The translations under genes were made by a program, and so were the position numbers. The notes under the pieces are model-generated. The model had not been told where the DNA came from. It searched no databases and saw only the letters and a program-made list of their open reading frames with translations. Positions 1-9,970 of a stretch of 64,000 nucleotides of DNA are shown piece by piece. Within the stretch, counting starts at the first letter, position 1, and every line of letters begins with the position of its first letter. This stretch comes from a virus: IMG/VR virus record IMGVR_UViG_3300045009_000924, positions 1 through 64,000 of that record; one strand, 5' to 3'.

Positions 1-84
1 CAAACTAAAAGAAAAGTACCGTCTGTTCGAACAGGCAAAATTGAGCAAAGGAATACTCAGGGAGATTCAAGCAAATTTGATGGA

Positions 85-1002
85 TTAGGACTTGATTGTT
101 CTATCGGCGAAATTCAACCCGCTGAATTCCTCAAACTCCCGCAACGTCCTCGCGGAACCGAGCGCGCCTTCCCCGATTCGTCGGTCCGTAAATATCGACA
201 AGTACTCCGCTTTGGATGCGGCGTCCAATTCGCCCCACAAAGCGGGGAAGTCAGTCCACACATGATGTCTGCGGGTTTTGTGGAATGGCTGATTGGAATG
301 ATACAAATGCCAGACGTTAGGCGCCAGCGGCATCACCAAATCGAACCCGTGAGTGAACGCCCTGGCCGCGATTAGTGGCTCCTCCCCCCAAAAGGCTATC
401 TTCTTGTTGGGCTTTATGGAAGCGAATTCGCCGAGCGTAAATATGAACCCGCCGGAAACGGAGGCAACGTAACCACACAGCGGTTCGACGTGAACTGCGG
501 TTTGGGACGGAATGAGAGTTTCGGCGAATTGCTCGGGCTTTTCGCGGAAACTTATTCTGGCGTTGCTGAAGTTGTGGTCGTCCCTCGGCATCTCGTTTCC
601 GTGGTCGTCATATCCGTAGTGTGGCGGATATTGACTTATCAATGGTTTGTCTATGCCGAGTTTTTTGTATCGGTCGATTGTTTCAATCAACGTCGAATCC
701 CAACCGCGCGCGAATCGCATGTGCGAATCTATTTGCAGGTAATAGTCTTCGCCGTCGTAAAATTCGTTGGCTATGTATCTCGCGGTCTGCAGACCTATAT
801 TTTGCGGCGCGATGCTCTCGTGGTAACTCACCCGGACCGAAGAACGTTCCGGTTTTGGTCTCTCTGTTTCGCCGGCAAAAAGCAAACAATTGTGGATGCC
901 GAAATGCAGGGGATATTTCCCGGAGGACTTGTCGATTGCGTCGGCTACCGTCTTGGTTAGTTCCCAATCTCTGTATGCCGGTATCTGAATGAATACCGAC
1001 AT
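85..1002 (-). CDS. GT60-like (GlcNAc family) glycosyltransferase
   Basis: Motifs IQIPAYRD, YYLQIDSHMRF..GWD and FWGEE..AARAFTHGFD are typical of the Skp1-HyPro/polypeptide alpha-GlcNAc transferase family. Confidence 0.8.
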   Translation of the reverse strand: MSVFIQIPAYRDWELTKTVADAIDKSSGKYPLHFGIHNCLLFAGETERPKPERSSVRVSYHESIAPQNIGLQTARYIANEFYDGEDYYLQIDSHMRFARGWDSTLIETIDRYKKLGIDKPLISQYPPHYGYDDHGNEMPRDDHNFSNARISFREKPEQFAETLIPSQTAVHVEPLCGYVASVSGGFIFTLGEFASIKPNKKIAFWGEEPLIAARAFTHGFDLVMPLAPNVWHLYHSNQPFHKTRRHHVWTDFPALWGELDAASKAEYLSIFTDRRIGEGALGSARTLREFEEFSGLNFADRTIKS

Positions 1003-1023
1003 GTCATCGGTTTTCTTTTGTTC

Positions 1024-1263
1024 TCATTTGTCTATCGGACCCCATTTGTCTATCGGACACTTTGCGGCCGCTAGTTTTGTTTTGAGATTCATGAGACATC
1101 CGCATTCTTTGCACTGTTTCGTAGCCCTGAATAATCGGGGGCACTCCTCGCATATCGCCATGCGGCGATTGGCGGTTTCTTCGTCGGCGTAATTATTGGG
1201 ATTGACGACGTCCCAGGGTCTTGTGTTGCCGAGTTTCTTTTTGTATTCCTGCCAAGCAGACAT
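1024..1263 (-). CDS. Small Cys-rich (Zn-binding) hypothetical protein, DUF6171-like
   Basis: R..ICEEC...QCKECGC..KTKL..AKCPIDKW pattern; tightly packed in the operon. Confidence 0.65.
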   Translation of the reverse strand: MSAWQEYKKKLGNTRPWDVVNPNNYADEETANRRMAICEECPRLFRATKQCKECGCLMNLKTKLAAAKCPIDKWGPIDK

Positions 1264-1265
1264 GT

Positions 1266-1508
1266 TTACTCACTCGGAGGAATGAAATTCGTGCCGTCGT
1301 ATTGCCAGCCCGTGCTTGGGCTTACCCGTCCGCGCAAATCGCCCGTGATTTCCACAATTATTGGCTGCGACTGCATACAGGCAATAATCCGCTCCGAGCG
1401 TTCGTGAACTTGGAATATGTGCACATGCCCAACTTCCCCATCTACGACATAAGCAAAAAACTTGTAGTCGTCTGGATTGTCGGCTGCAACTTGGATGATA
1501 TCGCTCAT
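1266..1508 (-). CDS. Small hypothetical protein, probably tail-fibre associated
   Basis: C-terminal GWQYDGTNFIPP resembles small fibre-associated phage proteins; upstream AGGAG RBS. Confidence 0.55.
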   Translation of the reverse strand: MSDIIQVAADNPDDYKFFAYVVDGEVGHVHIFQVHERSERIIACMQSQPIIVEITGDLRGRVSPSTGWQYDGTNFIPPSE

Positions 1509-1550
1509 GTTTTGTTCTCCTGAAGTGTTCGTATTTACAACGTCAAAATA

Positions 1551-2258
1551 CTAGCAATACGGCGGACCGCACTCGACGCAGAATAGGAAGCACGCCAACG
1601 ATGGACATCCAGCCTTGTCGTATTGTTGATAACGGGTCGCTTCACAACACCCGCAAATTCCAAACGGATTGTCGTAAGCCTCAATGACCGGACCAGGGCT
1701 GTAACCCTCCAAAGAACTGCAGTTACCGTCGCAAACCGGCGGCGGCAGTGTTGTGGTCGTCGTAGTGGTCGGCGCAGCAGTAGTGGTAGTGGTAGTGGTA
1801 GTGGTCGGCGCAGCAGTAGTGGTAGTGGTAGTGGTCGGCGCAGCAGTAGTGGTAGTGGTAGTGGTAGTGGTCGGCGCAGCAGTAGTGGTAGTGGTAGTGG
1901 GCGCAGCAGTAGTGGTAGTGGTAGTGGGCGCAGCAGTAGTGGTAGTAGTAGTGGGGGCAACTGGTGTCACACACGCCTGCGCGGAAGAATCCGAATTCAC
2001 CCCGTACGGAGTTTCCAGAGCGACAGTGAAACAGTATTGCGTACCATTGGACAGACCCGTAACCGTGATTGAGTTACAGGGGGAAGAACACGTTCCAGAT
2101 ACGGCACCCGCAGTCGCCCGATACGTTCCCGAATTGTTTTTGCCGCGATACGTGGACTCGGTGAACGATACAGTCGCCTGACCGTTGCCCGCAGAAGCAC
2201 CGCCAATGGTCGGCGTCGTCGGCTTCTTGCCCTGGCTAGATGTATTGCCCGGAATCAC
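1551..2258 (-). CDS. FN3-domain virion protein with Thr-rich mucin-like stalk and Cys-rich tip
   Basis: FN3-like segment (PTIGGASAGNGQATVSF...ITVTGLSNGTQYCFTV), six P-T6-9 tracts joined by AA, Cys-rich C-terminus; stop/start overlap with upstream gene. Confidence 0.75.
   Translation of the reverse strand: MIPGNTSSQGKKPTTPTIGGASAGNGQATVSFTESTYRGKNNSGTYRATAGAVSGTCSSPCNSITVTGLSNGTQYCFTVALETPYGVNSDSSAQACVTPVAPTTTTTTAAPTTTTTTAAPTTTTTTAAPTTTTTTTTTAAPTTTTTTTAAPTTTTTTTTTAAPTTTTTTTLPPPVCDGNCSSLEGYSPGPVIEAYDNPFGICGCCEATRYQQYDKAGCPSLACFLFCVECGPPYC
1750..1958. repeat. Coding tandem repeat built from GTAGTG units, encoding AAP-T6-9
   Basis: Repeated gcgcagcagtagtggtagtggtagtgg(tc) units visible directly. 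Confidence 0.95.
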
Positions 2259-3010
2259 GAGGCACTCAAATCACCCATCAGCATCCAGACGTTCGTATCG
2301 GCGCACTTCAGGAGTGTCGCCGACGAATACTGCGCCCTCAAGAATTTGCCCGGAGTGGCATAGATGAATACGGCGCCAGATTCCCCGACAACTTCCAAAG
2401 TGCCCGACCCGTATCTGATGATATGAATTTGCGCGCCTTCGGGAAAATTTGCGGTGTCCTGCAAGGGAACCGTGATGGTTCTGTTGCTTGACGAATTCAT
2501 TTTGATGAATTTGTTTTTGTCGGTCAATACAAGCGAATAATTGGCGGTTTTCATGTTGATTGTGGCATCTGCCAGTTTGCCCAATTCAATCGCCGCCGCC
2601 GCGTTGATGTCGGCGTTGACGATTGCGCCGTCGGCGATTTTCGCCGATGTCACGGCGCTGTCGGCGATTTTCGCCGATGTCACGGCACTGTTGGCGATTT
2701 TTGCAGTTGTCACAGCATTATCTTCAACCGTAAACTGGTCAGCCGATTGCCATTGTGACCCGTTGTAATATTGAATTTGGTTTAATGGCGTTGTGCCATC
2801 TGACTGATACTGTACGAAACACACCATTCCCGGAGAAAGAGACGGTTTTCCACTACCCCCAACAGAAATGGGCACCCCATCACCAAATGCAGAATCCCTT
2901 GCTGACGCTGTTAAAAATTTCATGATTACCTGAGACATGAAATAGCCATTTACGTCATCAGCAGAAAGAACGTCCCCCTGAATAAATAATTTTGTACCCA
3001 AACCCGGCAT
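2255..3010 (-). CDS. Tail fibre/short fibre-like protein
   Basis: N-terminal GDVLSADDVNGYFM-type anchor, VT(S/T)AKIA(D/N)xA 10-aa repeats (30-bp repeats ~2630-2715), C-terminal LRAQYSSATL...WMLMGDL; follows baseplate genes. Confidence 0.7.
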   Translation of the reverse strand: MPGLGTKLFIQGDVLSADDVNGYFMSQVIMKFLTASARDSAFGDGVPISVGGSGKPSLSPGMVCFVQYQSDGTTPLNQIQYYNGSQWQSADQFTVEDNAVTTAKIANSAVTSAKIADSAVTSAKIADGAIVNADINAAAAIELGKLADATINMKTANYSLVLTDKNKFIKMNSSSNRTITVPLQDTANFPEGAQIHIIRYGSGTLEVVGESGAVFIYATPGKFLRAQYSSATLLKCADTNVWMLMGDLSAS

Positions 3011-3043
3011 ATATTCTCCTAATCAATTTTACTAGTCACGTTA

Positions 3044-4267
3044 TTAATCTAATGGAAAGTTTGAGCCGATAACACCGAGGGATATGTCGTCAAGTGTAAA
3101 TAAAAAAATATTCTCTGTTGTGTGAGTTATTTTATATCCCATTGGTCTTGCTTTTTCTATGGCGCGAAGAACCAAAGAACTTGAATCTCCAGCATTTGCG
3201 ACATCAAGTGTCTCATTCGTCAAAGTTTTTATACTAATAGAAAAAGGGTCACCACCAAAATATGGTGTCAAAGCCACTACACGAGTTGACGGTTCCCCAT
3301 TTTTCGTTTTTATTAATACTTGCCTAGCTGAATCAATCATTGCTTCCCTGGTGCCACCATTGCTTCCATAACGCCTAGTCCTCAACTGCCATTCAATAAA
3401 GTCCCTAGATAAAAAATGATTATCAAAATAATAACTACCGTTGTCGCTTTGGATATTTTTGATAACATTCTCACCAGTAAATTGAGAAATCCAAGGAACA
3501 TATTCATCTCTAACTTTTGACACGTCAACAAGAGAACTTTCTGTCCAGTAATCTGAAATCCATTCGGGATTTTTTAGCTCTTCTATTTCAAATCCATACA
3601 TTGCGCCGTATTCAATTCTTGTGTCACCGATAGAATGTGTAAGAGCATCTATAAATTTAAAAAATGGAAATGACGGAGCAGAAGATTGAGAATCAAATTC
3701 CCAATAAAAATCTGAAAGATATCTTCTTATTAATCCAATAATAGGATTATTATTAAAAGCTAAATCATGAATAAGATGAGGACATGTAAAAAATATCGGT
3801 CGCTGTGAATGTCCTGATATTGTTAATTCTATTGTTGCTGTATGATTTGTGTCGTCGTCTTCAACTGTAGCAATATTTGACTGAATAGCATTGTATTTTC
3901 CACTTGATAAAAATTGCTCGTTTGGCTGAACTGAGGAATCATTATCTATATATAATTTGCACGATGTTGAAATTTGGGAATCGCATTTAATTTTTGAATT
4001 AAAGGACAAAACTCTACCGTTATCGCTCAAAAACAAATCTACATTTTGAAGTTTTATTGTTACCGGATTAATATTCGCCGGGTAAACGGCAATCACATAT
4101 CTAGACGAAACAACAAAATCAGTTGAAATTAATTCAGAGGTAACAGTATTTTGTCCCGATACAGCAGTCCATGAAGTTGACAAATCAGCAACCAAAACGT
4201 TATTGTTGGCTTCATCATAATTCAACAATGCATCATTGTTCGGCAATAAATTAAATACTACAGGCAT
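3044..4267 (-). CDS. Baseplate wedge protein (P2 gpI-like C-terminal region)
   Basis: YVPWISQFTG, GTREAM and ARPMGY motifs; directly downstream of baseplate J-like gene. Confidence 0.6.
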   Translation of the reverse strand: MPVVFNLLPNNDALLNYDEANNNVLVADLSTSWTAVSGQNTVTSELISTDFVVSSRYVIAVYPANINPVTIKLQNVDLFLSDNGRVLSFNSKIKCDSQISTSCKLYIDNDSSVQPNEQFLSSGKYNAIQSNIATVEDDDTNHTATIELTISGHSQRPIFFTCPHLIHDLAFNNNPIIGLIRRYLSDFYWEFDSQSSAPSFPFFKFIDALTHSIGDTRIEYGAMYGFEIEELKNPEWISDYWTESSLVDVSKVRDEYVPWISQFTGENVIKNIQSDNGSYYFDNHFLSRDFIEWQLRTRRYGSNGGTREAMIDSARQVLIKTKNGEPSTRVVALTPYFGGDPFSISIKTLTNETLDVANAGDSSSLVLRAIEKARPMGYKITHTTENIFLFTLDDISLGVIGSNFPLD

Positions 4268-5734
4268 TTATTCCACATCCCAAACATTAAATGTCAAATT
4301 AAGATTTTCTGCTGCGATTATTGGAAGTGTTCCTTTATTAAGAAATAACAAATCGTCTCCATGTTTTGGCAACCAACCTTTACCAACTGAAGAAATAATT
4401 ATGTCATCAACATAAACAACCCCAGGAGTAGAAGCAATAAGCGAAATTATTTGATTTTTTCTAACTCTGTCTAATGCAAACGGATAATTATTTGGGCTTA
4501 AATAATCAATCAGTATGTTTTGAATAGAAATTTCAACTTCATCCACATCATAACTTTCGTCAACCACTACTGTTCCCTGTATATTGAAAGTTACCAATGT
4601 TGGGTTAAGTATTTCAAATGTTAAACCAGCAACTGATTTTGAGCGAACATCTGAAAGAATTTGACTCTTTTGTAAATTTGTTAAAAAATCATTTAATCCA
4701 TAAGCAAAAATAACAACATATCCAGCTGCCTCCACCCCAGCATATGCAGAAGCTGTAACGCTTGTGCTTGCAGTGTTTGCTGCAACTTTATTGAATGAAA
4801 AAGTCGTATCTCCAGTAGCAACAATTTCATGAGTTCCATTAAATGTTGCACTAGCCGAGTTTCCAAAAATTGTTATATCAACAACGTCGCCCACTACATA
4901 AAGATGATTTTCTTCTGTGTTTACAGTTGCAAGATTGTTATTTAAAAAGATTGTGTCTATGCCAAATTCTCTATTTACTGTTATATTTTTTGTTTCTGCT
5001 TGACTATTTTTTGTCAAATCATAAGTTTTTACTCTACTAATAATGTCCGGATATGAAGTCAAAAGATATGCATCAACCTGGCTATCTTTCGTTAGGGCAG
5101 ACGTCAAAGAGCGAAGATACGTTGCCGATTTTGACAAATAATCTTCATCCGTATCAGCATTTATTCCGTTTAAAAAATTATTTGGAGTATTTGTTATACA
5201 TGATTGAATAGACAAACCAGAGGAAATAATCTTTAACTGTAAATTATCATTAATTGGTGGAACAATCCCGCCCTGAAGGCAAACAAGAGTTGTGGATGCA
5301 GATGGATAATTTTGTGTTATTTCTAAATCAACTTCGTCTATTTCAAGCATTTCTGTTGTTAGAAATGCAATTTCAATTAACTCATCTTCAAATGTTGTCT
5401 CATAACTAAAAACTGTACCTGCTGGAATTATTCCACCGGCATATGTATTTAGCGTTATGGTTGCGTCAACAACAGCTGGAACAGATTCTTGCCGTGAATA
5501 TCCAAAAATTGAAATTATCCCAGCCATTAATCTATTGGGAAGTCTGTTTATCGCAGCAATATTTAGTGAAGAAATATAAGCCATTGCCTGAAATATTGCA
5601 TCTTCCGGCGTTCCTGTTCTTAAATTGAATTCCGGAAGAGCCAATCGCGCAATTTCCAGAGCGTCCCTATATATATCTCCCGGCTCTTTGTCAAAAATTT
5701 TCAAATTGATATATTCTGCAAAATCTGATGGCAT
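4268..5734 (-). CDS. Baseplate J-like protein
   Basis: G.SRQESVPA, IPAGTVF, G.NADTDEDYL and PGVVYVD motifs; position in contractile tail operon. Confidence 0.8.
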   Translation of the reverse strand: MPSDFAEYINLKIFDKEPGDIYRDALEIARLALPEFNLRTGTPEDAIFQAMAYISSLNIAAINRLPNRLMAGIISIFGYSRQESVPAVVDATITLNTYAGGIIPAGTVFSYETTFEDELIEIAFLTTEMLEIDEVDLEITQNYPSASTTLVCLQGGIVPPINDNLQLKIISSGLSIQSCITNTPNNFLNGINADTDEDYLSKSATYLRSLTSALTKDSQVDAYLLTSYPDIISRVKTYDLTKNSQAETKNITVNREFGIDTIFLNNNLATVNTEENHLYVVGDVVDITIFGNSASATFNGTHEIVATGDTTFSFNKVAANTASTSVTASAYAGVEAAGYVVIFAYGLNDFLTNLQKSQILSDVRSKSVAGLTFEILNPTLVTFNIQGTVVVDESYDVDEVEISIQNILIDYLSPNNYPFALDRVRKNQIISLIASTPGVVYVDDIIISSVGKGWLPKHGDDLLFLNKGTLPIIAAENLNLTFNVWDVE

Positions 5735-5737
5735 AGT

Positions 5738-6037
5738 TTATTGTCTTTCTATTTCGAATGAAAATGAAATGTTTACTTTTGAATCTATACTTTCCGACGT
5801 TGATATATCAATTATCCGAATCTCCGGAACGTATCTGGCCGCATTTAATATAAACAAACCTTTATCTATTGTTCTAAAAACTGGGTCATATGAACCAAAT
5901 TGCGGAGTCATTGGATGTGTTAGTGGTTCCGTAAGTATCGAAATTGACAAAAGTTGTGAGTAGTATTCGTAACTCCCTTCCGGTAATTTTTTTAACCCAG
6001 TTGAGTCAAATTTTAATGGAAATTGAATCATGTCCAT
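5738..6037 (-). CDS. Baseplate wedge gp25/gpW-like protein
   Basis: 99 aa, FPLKF...TEP..HPM.PQFGS...YVPEIRI pattern; immediately upstream of J-like gene. Confidence 0.65.
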   Translation of the reverse strand: MDMIQFPLKFDSTGLKKLPEGSYEYYSQLLSISILTEPLTHPMTPQFGSYDPVFRTIDKGLFILNAARYVPEIRIIDISTSESIDSKVNISFSFEIERQ

Positions 6038-6042
6038 AACTG

Positions 6043-6447
6043 TTAATCCGTTTGTTTAAAAGATTGAAGATTTATATTTCCTAGCTGTAAAGCAGAACGC
6101 AAAGAATTTATTTGGTTTTGCAGTTGGTCAATAAGCAAGTTAAATTTTTCTTTACCAGCAAATGTATCCTTTTTTAATTTTTCTGTTCCAAACACAATAA
6201 TTTCTTTGAAAAATTCATCTGTAAAAGTACACACAGCAGAATCACCAAATGACAGTTTATTTCTTGTTGTCGTTCCTATTGGCAATACAGGGCCGAATGA
6301 AACATTTATTTCGTGTATTAGTACGGTCACCCTCCCAACAGAATCAACACTTTCGACTGTACATGAATAAAATCTTCCGGGTTGCAGCGGATGCGACGAA
6401 GCTTTATCTGTAGAAATAATATCTGGTCTTTTATTTTTTAATGACAT
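6043..6447 (-). CDS. Short baseplate spike (gpV-like OB-fold) protein
   Basis: VESVDSVGRVTV...GD.AVC.F...IIVFG OB-like pattern; synteny between hub and gp25-like genes. Confidence 0.5.
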   Translation of the reverse strand: MSLKNKRPDIISTDKASSHPLQPGRFYSCTVESVDSVGRVTVLIHEINVSFGPVLPIGTTTRNKLSFGDSAVCTFTDEFFKEIIVFGTEKLKKDTFAGKEKFNLLIDQLQNQINSLRSALQLGNINLQSFKQTD

Positions 6448-6479
6448 CTATTTACACTCCCAACCTACTAACAATTTTA

Positions 6480-8390
6480 CTAAATCCATAGTGAATCCGA
6501 ACCCCCGGGGGTATTTGGTATTGTTCCCAACCCACCCACTGAATTTGCATATTGCGGAAACCTGTGTTTTAAAACAAGCGTTTGCTGCAATGAAATTAAT
6601 TTTGCATAATCTCTTGCATTTCTAATTGCGTCCTTTTTGGTTGTTCCACGAAGAACCCCAAGATGTTTTCCCGAACCCTCATACCCACCAGCATTCCAAA
6701 ATTTTTGCTCCACCTCTTGAAGTGAATTTTCTAAAGTTACAGCAACGTTGTTTTGAGTGTAGATTAGTGGCAAAAGAATTGCCCTATATTCACTGCCATA
6801 CGGTTCCGTAATTGTGTAGGAATAAATTGTTTTTGGATTTTCGTTTCCATCCGGCAGAACTGGTCTGGTATATAAATCTAAATTGCCGGCATAGATAAGA
6901 CTATTTCTATCCCCAGTGCTTTTTTCTGTAATTTTGTCGTTTGTTATTAAATTTATAAAGGCTGGATAAGCAATTGTCAAATCAGCATATTCCATTCTGG
7001 GATATCTGTCTAATTGACCGGCGGCTTGTGGAAATGGAAATAGTCTTGCGTCTTGTCTTATTCCAGATTGTGATTGCCCTGCAGAATTTCTTGTTTTATC
7101 CTGAACAGCTCTTACTGAAATTTCCGTGTCTGCATATGTTTGTATATATCTGATTCCGACTGGCAATTCTTTCTTTTTGTATTTTTCTTCATCTCTTTGT
7201 TGTGTTCTAAATGTTACGCTAACCGGGTCTGGGGCCATTTCATTGTAACTAACACTGTCAATCAAATAGTATCCAGACATCCACGGTATGTTTCCAACAT
7301 ATGCGGTCATTCCTGGACGTATTTGTGTTCCGTTTATTCTTTCGACAGTGCAACTTCCGTCAGCTTCGCGAGGGTCGTTGTCAGATTTTGTTATTGATGG
7401 ATGTTCTGTTAAATTGAAAATTCCCTCTCTGCCAATATAATTTTCTCCGCTATTTGGAAACTGCAAAGATATAAAACGAACAGTCTTATTTACTGTTTCT
7501 TTTTTTACTTCTGTTACTGTTTTGTAAATTGGAGAATTTTTTCCCTTATCTTCTTCGTATCCAATAAGAACTTTTTTGGTTACTTTTTTGTTTTTTGTTT
7601 TTGGGATAACCATTGAATTATTTCCCCACTTGTCAATAAGCCATTCTTCTGAACCAAAAATTAAAAGACCGTCAACTTCAAACAAAACAAATTTTGCATC
7701 GTCTGATAATCTTTTCATTATGTCCCACAGGGAGTCGGCTTGCTTGTTTCCAGAAGATTTTACTTGTTGTGATTTTGATGTTTGCTGCCCATAAAATGCA
7801 AGACCAAATTTTGCTGCAGCGTTTCTAACGAACTCTGTTCCAGTTCCCTTTATGGATGATGCACTTTTTCTGTCTCGTTTCATTTGCTGTATTGCTTTTG
7901 TATAACACTTAATTGAAAAATTCGGACTCATTCCCGGACCCTGGGAAACTGTCACGTTAGCTATTTCAAAAAGTTGTTGAACAAAAACGATGTTTGGTTC
8001 GTATGGTTGAATTCTGCCAAGTGTTTGAGTTTGATAAATGACATCTCTTGTCAACGTAAAATAATTCTTTTCCGCCATTTGTAAATTTGGGTCAACTATT
8101 TCAAAAGAAAGTTCAGAAGCCAAATCCATTGTGTAGCTGACGCTTATTCTTGTTGCAAGCGATGATACATCGGTAAATGCTTTATTCGGAAGATTTGGCA
8201 AATCAGCGATAAGTATTTTTCTTTCGTATGGCCCCCTGTTTTGTTTTGCCATTTGCCACTCGGAAAATGAAATATTTTGAACGTTTCTTCCGCTCATTGC
8301 TGTTTGTGTTTTATTTTTCCCTTGTTCGGCAAATTGTCTTCTTATTTCCAATATTTTGTCCCATGAATCTGCTGACGGCATAAAAATCAC
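6480..8390 (-). CDS. Baseplate hub (gpD/late control-like) protein with C-terminal extension
   Basis: SLWDIMKRLSDDAKFVLFEVDGLLIFG and IRPGMT....G.YLIDSVS motifs; synteny. Confidence 0.6.
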   Translation of the reverse strand: MIFMPSADSWDKILEIRRQFAEQGKNKTQTAMSGRNVQNISFSEWQMAKQNRGPYERKILIADLPNLPNKAFTDVSSLATRISVSYTMDLASELSFEIVDPNLQMAEKNYFTLTRDVIYQTQTLGRIQPYEPNIVFVQQLFEIANVTVSQGPGMSPNFSIKCYTKAIQQMKRDRKSASSIKGTGTEFVRNAAAKFGLAFYGQQTSKSQQVKSSGNKQADSLWDIMKRLSDDAKFVLFEVDGLLIFGSEEWLIDKWGNNSMVIPKTKNKKVTKKVLIGYEEDKGKNSPIYKTVTEVKKETVNKTVRFISLQFPNSGENYIGREGIFNLTEHPSITKSDNDPREADGSCTVERINGTQIRPGMTAYVGNIPWMSGYYLIDSVSYNEMAPDPVSVTFRTQQRDEEKYKKKELPVGIRYIQTYADTEISVRAVQDKTRNSAGQSQSGIRQDARLFPFPQAAGQLDRYPRMEYADLTIAYPAFINLITNDKITEKSTGDRNSLIYAGNLDLYTRPVLPDGNENPKTIYSYTITEPYGSEYRAILLPLIYTQNNVAVTLENSLQEVEQKFWNAGGYEGSGKHLGVLRGTTKKDAIRNARDYAKLISLQQTLVLKHRFPQYANSVGGLGTIPNTPGGSDSLWI

Positions 8391-9967
8391 TTAGCCTTTG
8401 GTTTGCAATCAGTTTGTGGTTGACCCAGGGGACCGGGTGTTGTGTCTGTTGTCCACAGATTGACACATGGCTCATCGGTATTTGTTGGGGGAGGCGGAAC
8501 TTGTGGAATATCTTTTGGTGGACGTGGCATAACAATTAAATTCGGTCCCTCTAATGGAAGTTCCTGTATTGTCATGCTCACAGTTGCTCTATTTATGCTT
8601 CCGGGTGGAGCATCGCCCTGATTAGGCGGAGAAGACCCGTCACCAGGACGCGAACGTTGAGCTGAGGTTATTTGCATATCTACTATTGCAAAAACTATTC
8701 CGCTTCCACCAGTCATGTTGGGAATGACAATTTGTTCTTGAAACATCGCATCAAAACCAAGAAAAGTTACTGGCGATGGCCTCATTGACATTGTTCTTAG
8801 CAATTTCAATTTGTTGTCAACTGAGCTATACAAATTGCCCGCATCCCCAACAACAAACTCAAAATTTATTTTCATTAATCTAAAATTTTTAAAATCTATG
8901 TATGGAGTGTTGTTTATTCTTTCTATCTCTGTCCACTCAGAGCCAAGATTTGAATAAGTTACGTTATTCGGTCTATAATCAAAAACAAATCTATCTGGTG
9001 CCGATGCCGTTGAACCGTCTTTTTTTGTGTAGTACTGAATCATTTGTGGTTTATCAATTGAAAAACTACCAAATTCACCAAGAGATTTACCCCCTCCAAG
9101 TATTCCAGTTCCAACGCGACGCGTAACCCTAACTGTTGTTGTTCTTGAACTTCCCATCCCGTCATCCGAATCATATTGTTCAGCATCATCTGGTGATTGT
9201 TTTAAGAATCTTCCATCAAGCGACCATGAACCTGGAATTTTTTCTCCAGTCATTGAACGCATGGTGCTGGAGTTCAAATTTTCTATAACCTGAGTTGCTC
9301 CAGGAAATGGAACTCCCGTTGAAACAAGTTCTTGTATTTGTCTAATTGTAAAATTTTCTAGATTTATTTCAGTTGCATCACCCGTAAAGGAATCCCATTT
9401 GGAATTATCAAATTCTTTCACAATCGGAATTGCTGTTGAATCTACGTATTTTTGTCCAATTGGAAAAAATCTTCTTAGCAAAGGATGATACCAGAAATAT
9501 ACTGGAGTTAAACTTGTATCACTAATTCTTTTCCACAGTGGTATTTTTTCTGAATCGTATGGATTTTTTGATTCCGGAAAACCGGTGTCTTGCCATTTGA
9601 ATATTTTATCCAATGATTGATATATATCATTTGCAAAAATTACTCTTGTTCCTGTTGCGATTGCAGAAACAGATTGTTTATTTGGTTGTGGTTTTGCGGC
9701 TTCTGCCGCTCTTGCATATTTTTCAATATCAAATGTAAATTCATCACCATCTGTATATTCAATGTAATTTGCTTCCCATGTTGAAATGTCTTGAAATGGA
9801 AACCAATATTTTTGATTACTGTAAAGCGTGTATGAATTGGGATATTCTGGTGTGTTTGTAACAATACTTTGTTTAAATTTTTTCTTCACGGGATAATTTT
9901 TGTACAGACTTGCCACACTTGCTGAAGTCCACTGAACCGTAAAAAGTTTTATGTCGCCGTAAGCCAT
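8387..9967 (-). CDS. Tail tube initiator-like protein with long N-terminal extension
   Basis: C-terminal half F.YRPNNVTYS...WTEIER..N.P...RATVSMTIQE resembles gpU/CIS tube-initiator proteins; directly follows tape measure. Confidence 0.5.
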   Translation of the reverse strand: MAYGDIKLFTVQWTSASVASLYKNYPVKKKFKQSIVTNTPEYPNSYTLYSNQKYWFPFQDISTWEANYIEYTDGDEFTFDIEKYARAAEAAKPQPNKQSVSAIATGTRVIFANDIYQSLDKIFKWQDTGFPESKNPYDSEKIPLWKRISDTSLTPVYFWYHPLLRRFFPIGQKYVDSTAIPIVKEFDNSKWDSFTGDATEINLENFTIRQIQELVSTGVPFPGATQVIENLNSSTMRSMTGEKIPGSWSLDGRFLKQSPDDAEQYDSDDGMGSSRTTTVRVTRRVGTGILGGGKSLGEFGSFSIDKPQMIQYYTKKDGSTASAPDRFVFDYRPNNVTYSNLGSEWTEIERINNTPYIDFKNFRLMKINFEFVVGDAGNLYSSVDNKLKLLRTMSMRPSPVTFLGFDAMFQEQIVIPNMTGGSGIVFAIVDMQITSAQRSRPGDGSSPPNQGDAPPGSINRATVSMTIQELPLEGPNLIVMPRPPKDIPQVPPPPTNTDEPCVNLWTTDTTPGPLGQPQTDCKPKAK

Positions 9968-9970
9968 AGA

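Noticed and set aside
1025-1058. Short direct repeat catttgtctatcggac at the end of the Cys-rich gene
   Set aside because: Small local duplication (PIDKWGPIDK) with no sign of an att site or other function
1750-1958. Possible CRISPR array
   Set aside because: No unique spacers; it is a low-complexity coding repeat
1535-2181. Alternative-frame ORFs rich in Ser/Gly, Val, Leu/Pro or His/Tyr/Cys
   Set aside because: Shadows of the stop-free Thr repeat; only the 1551-2258 frame has an FN3-like domain and operon coupling
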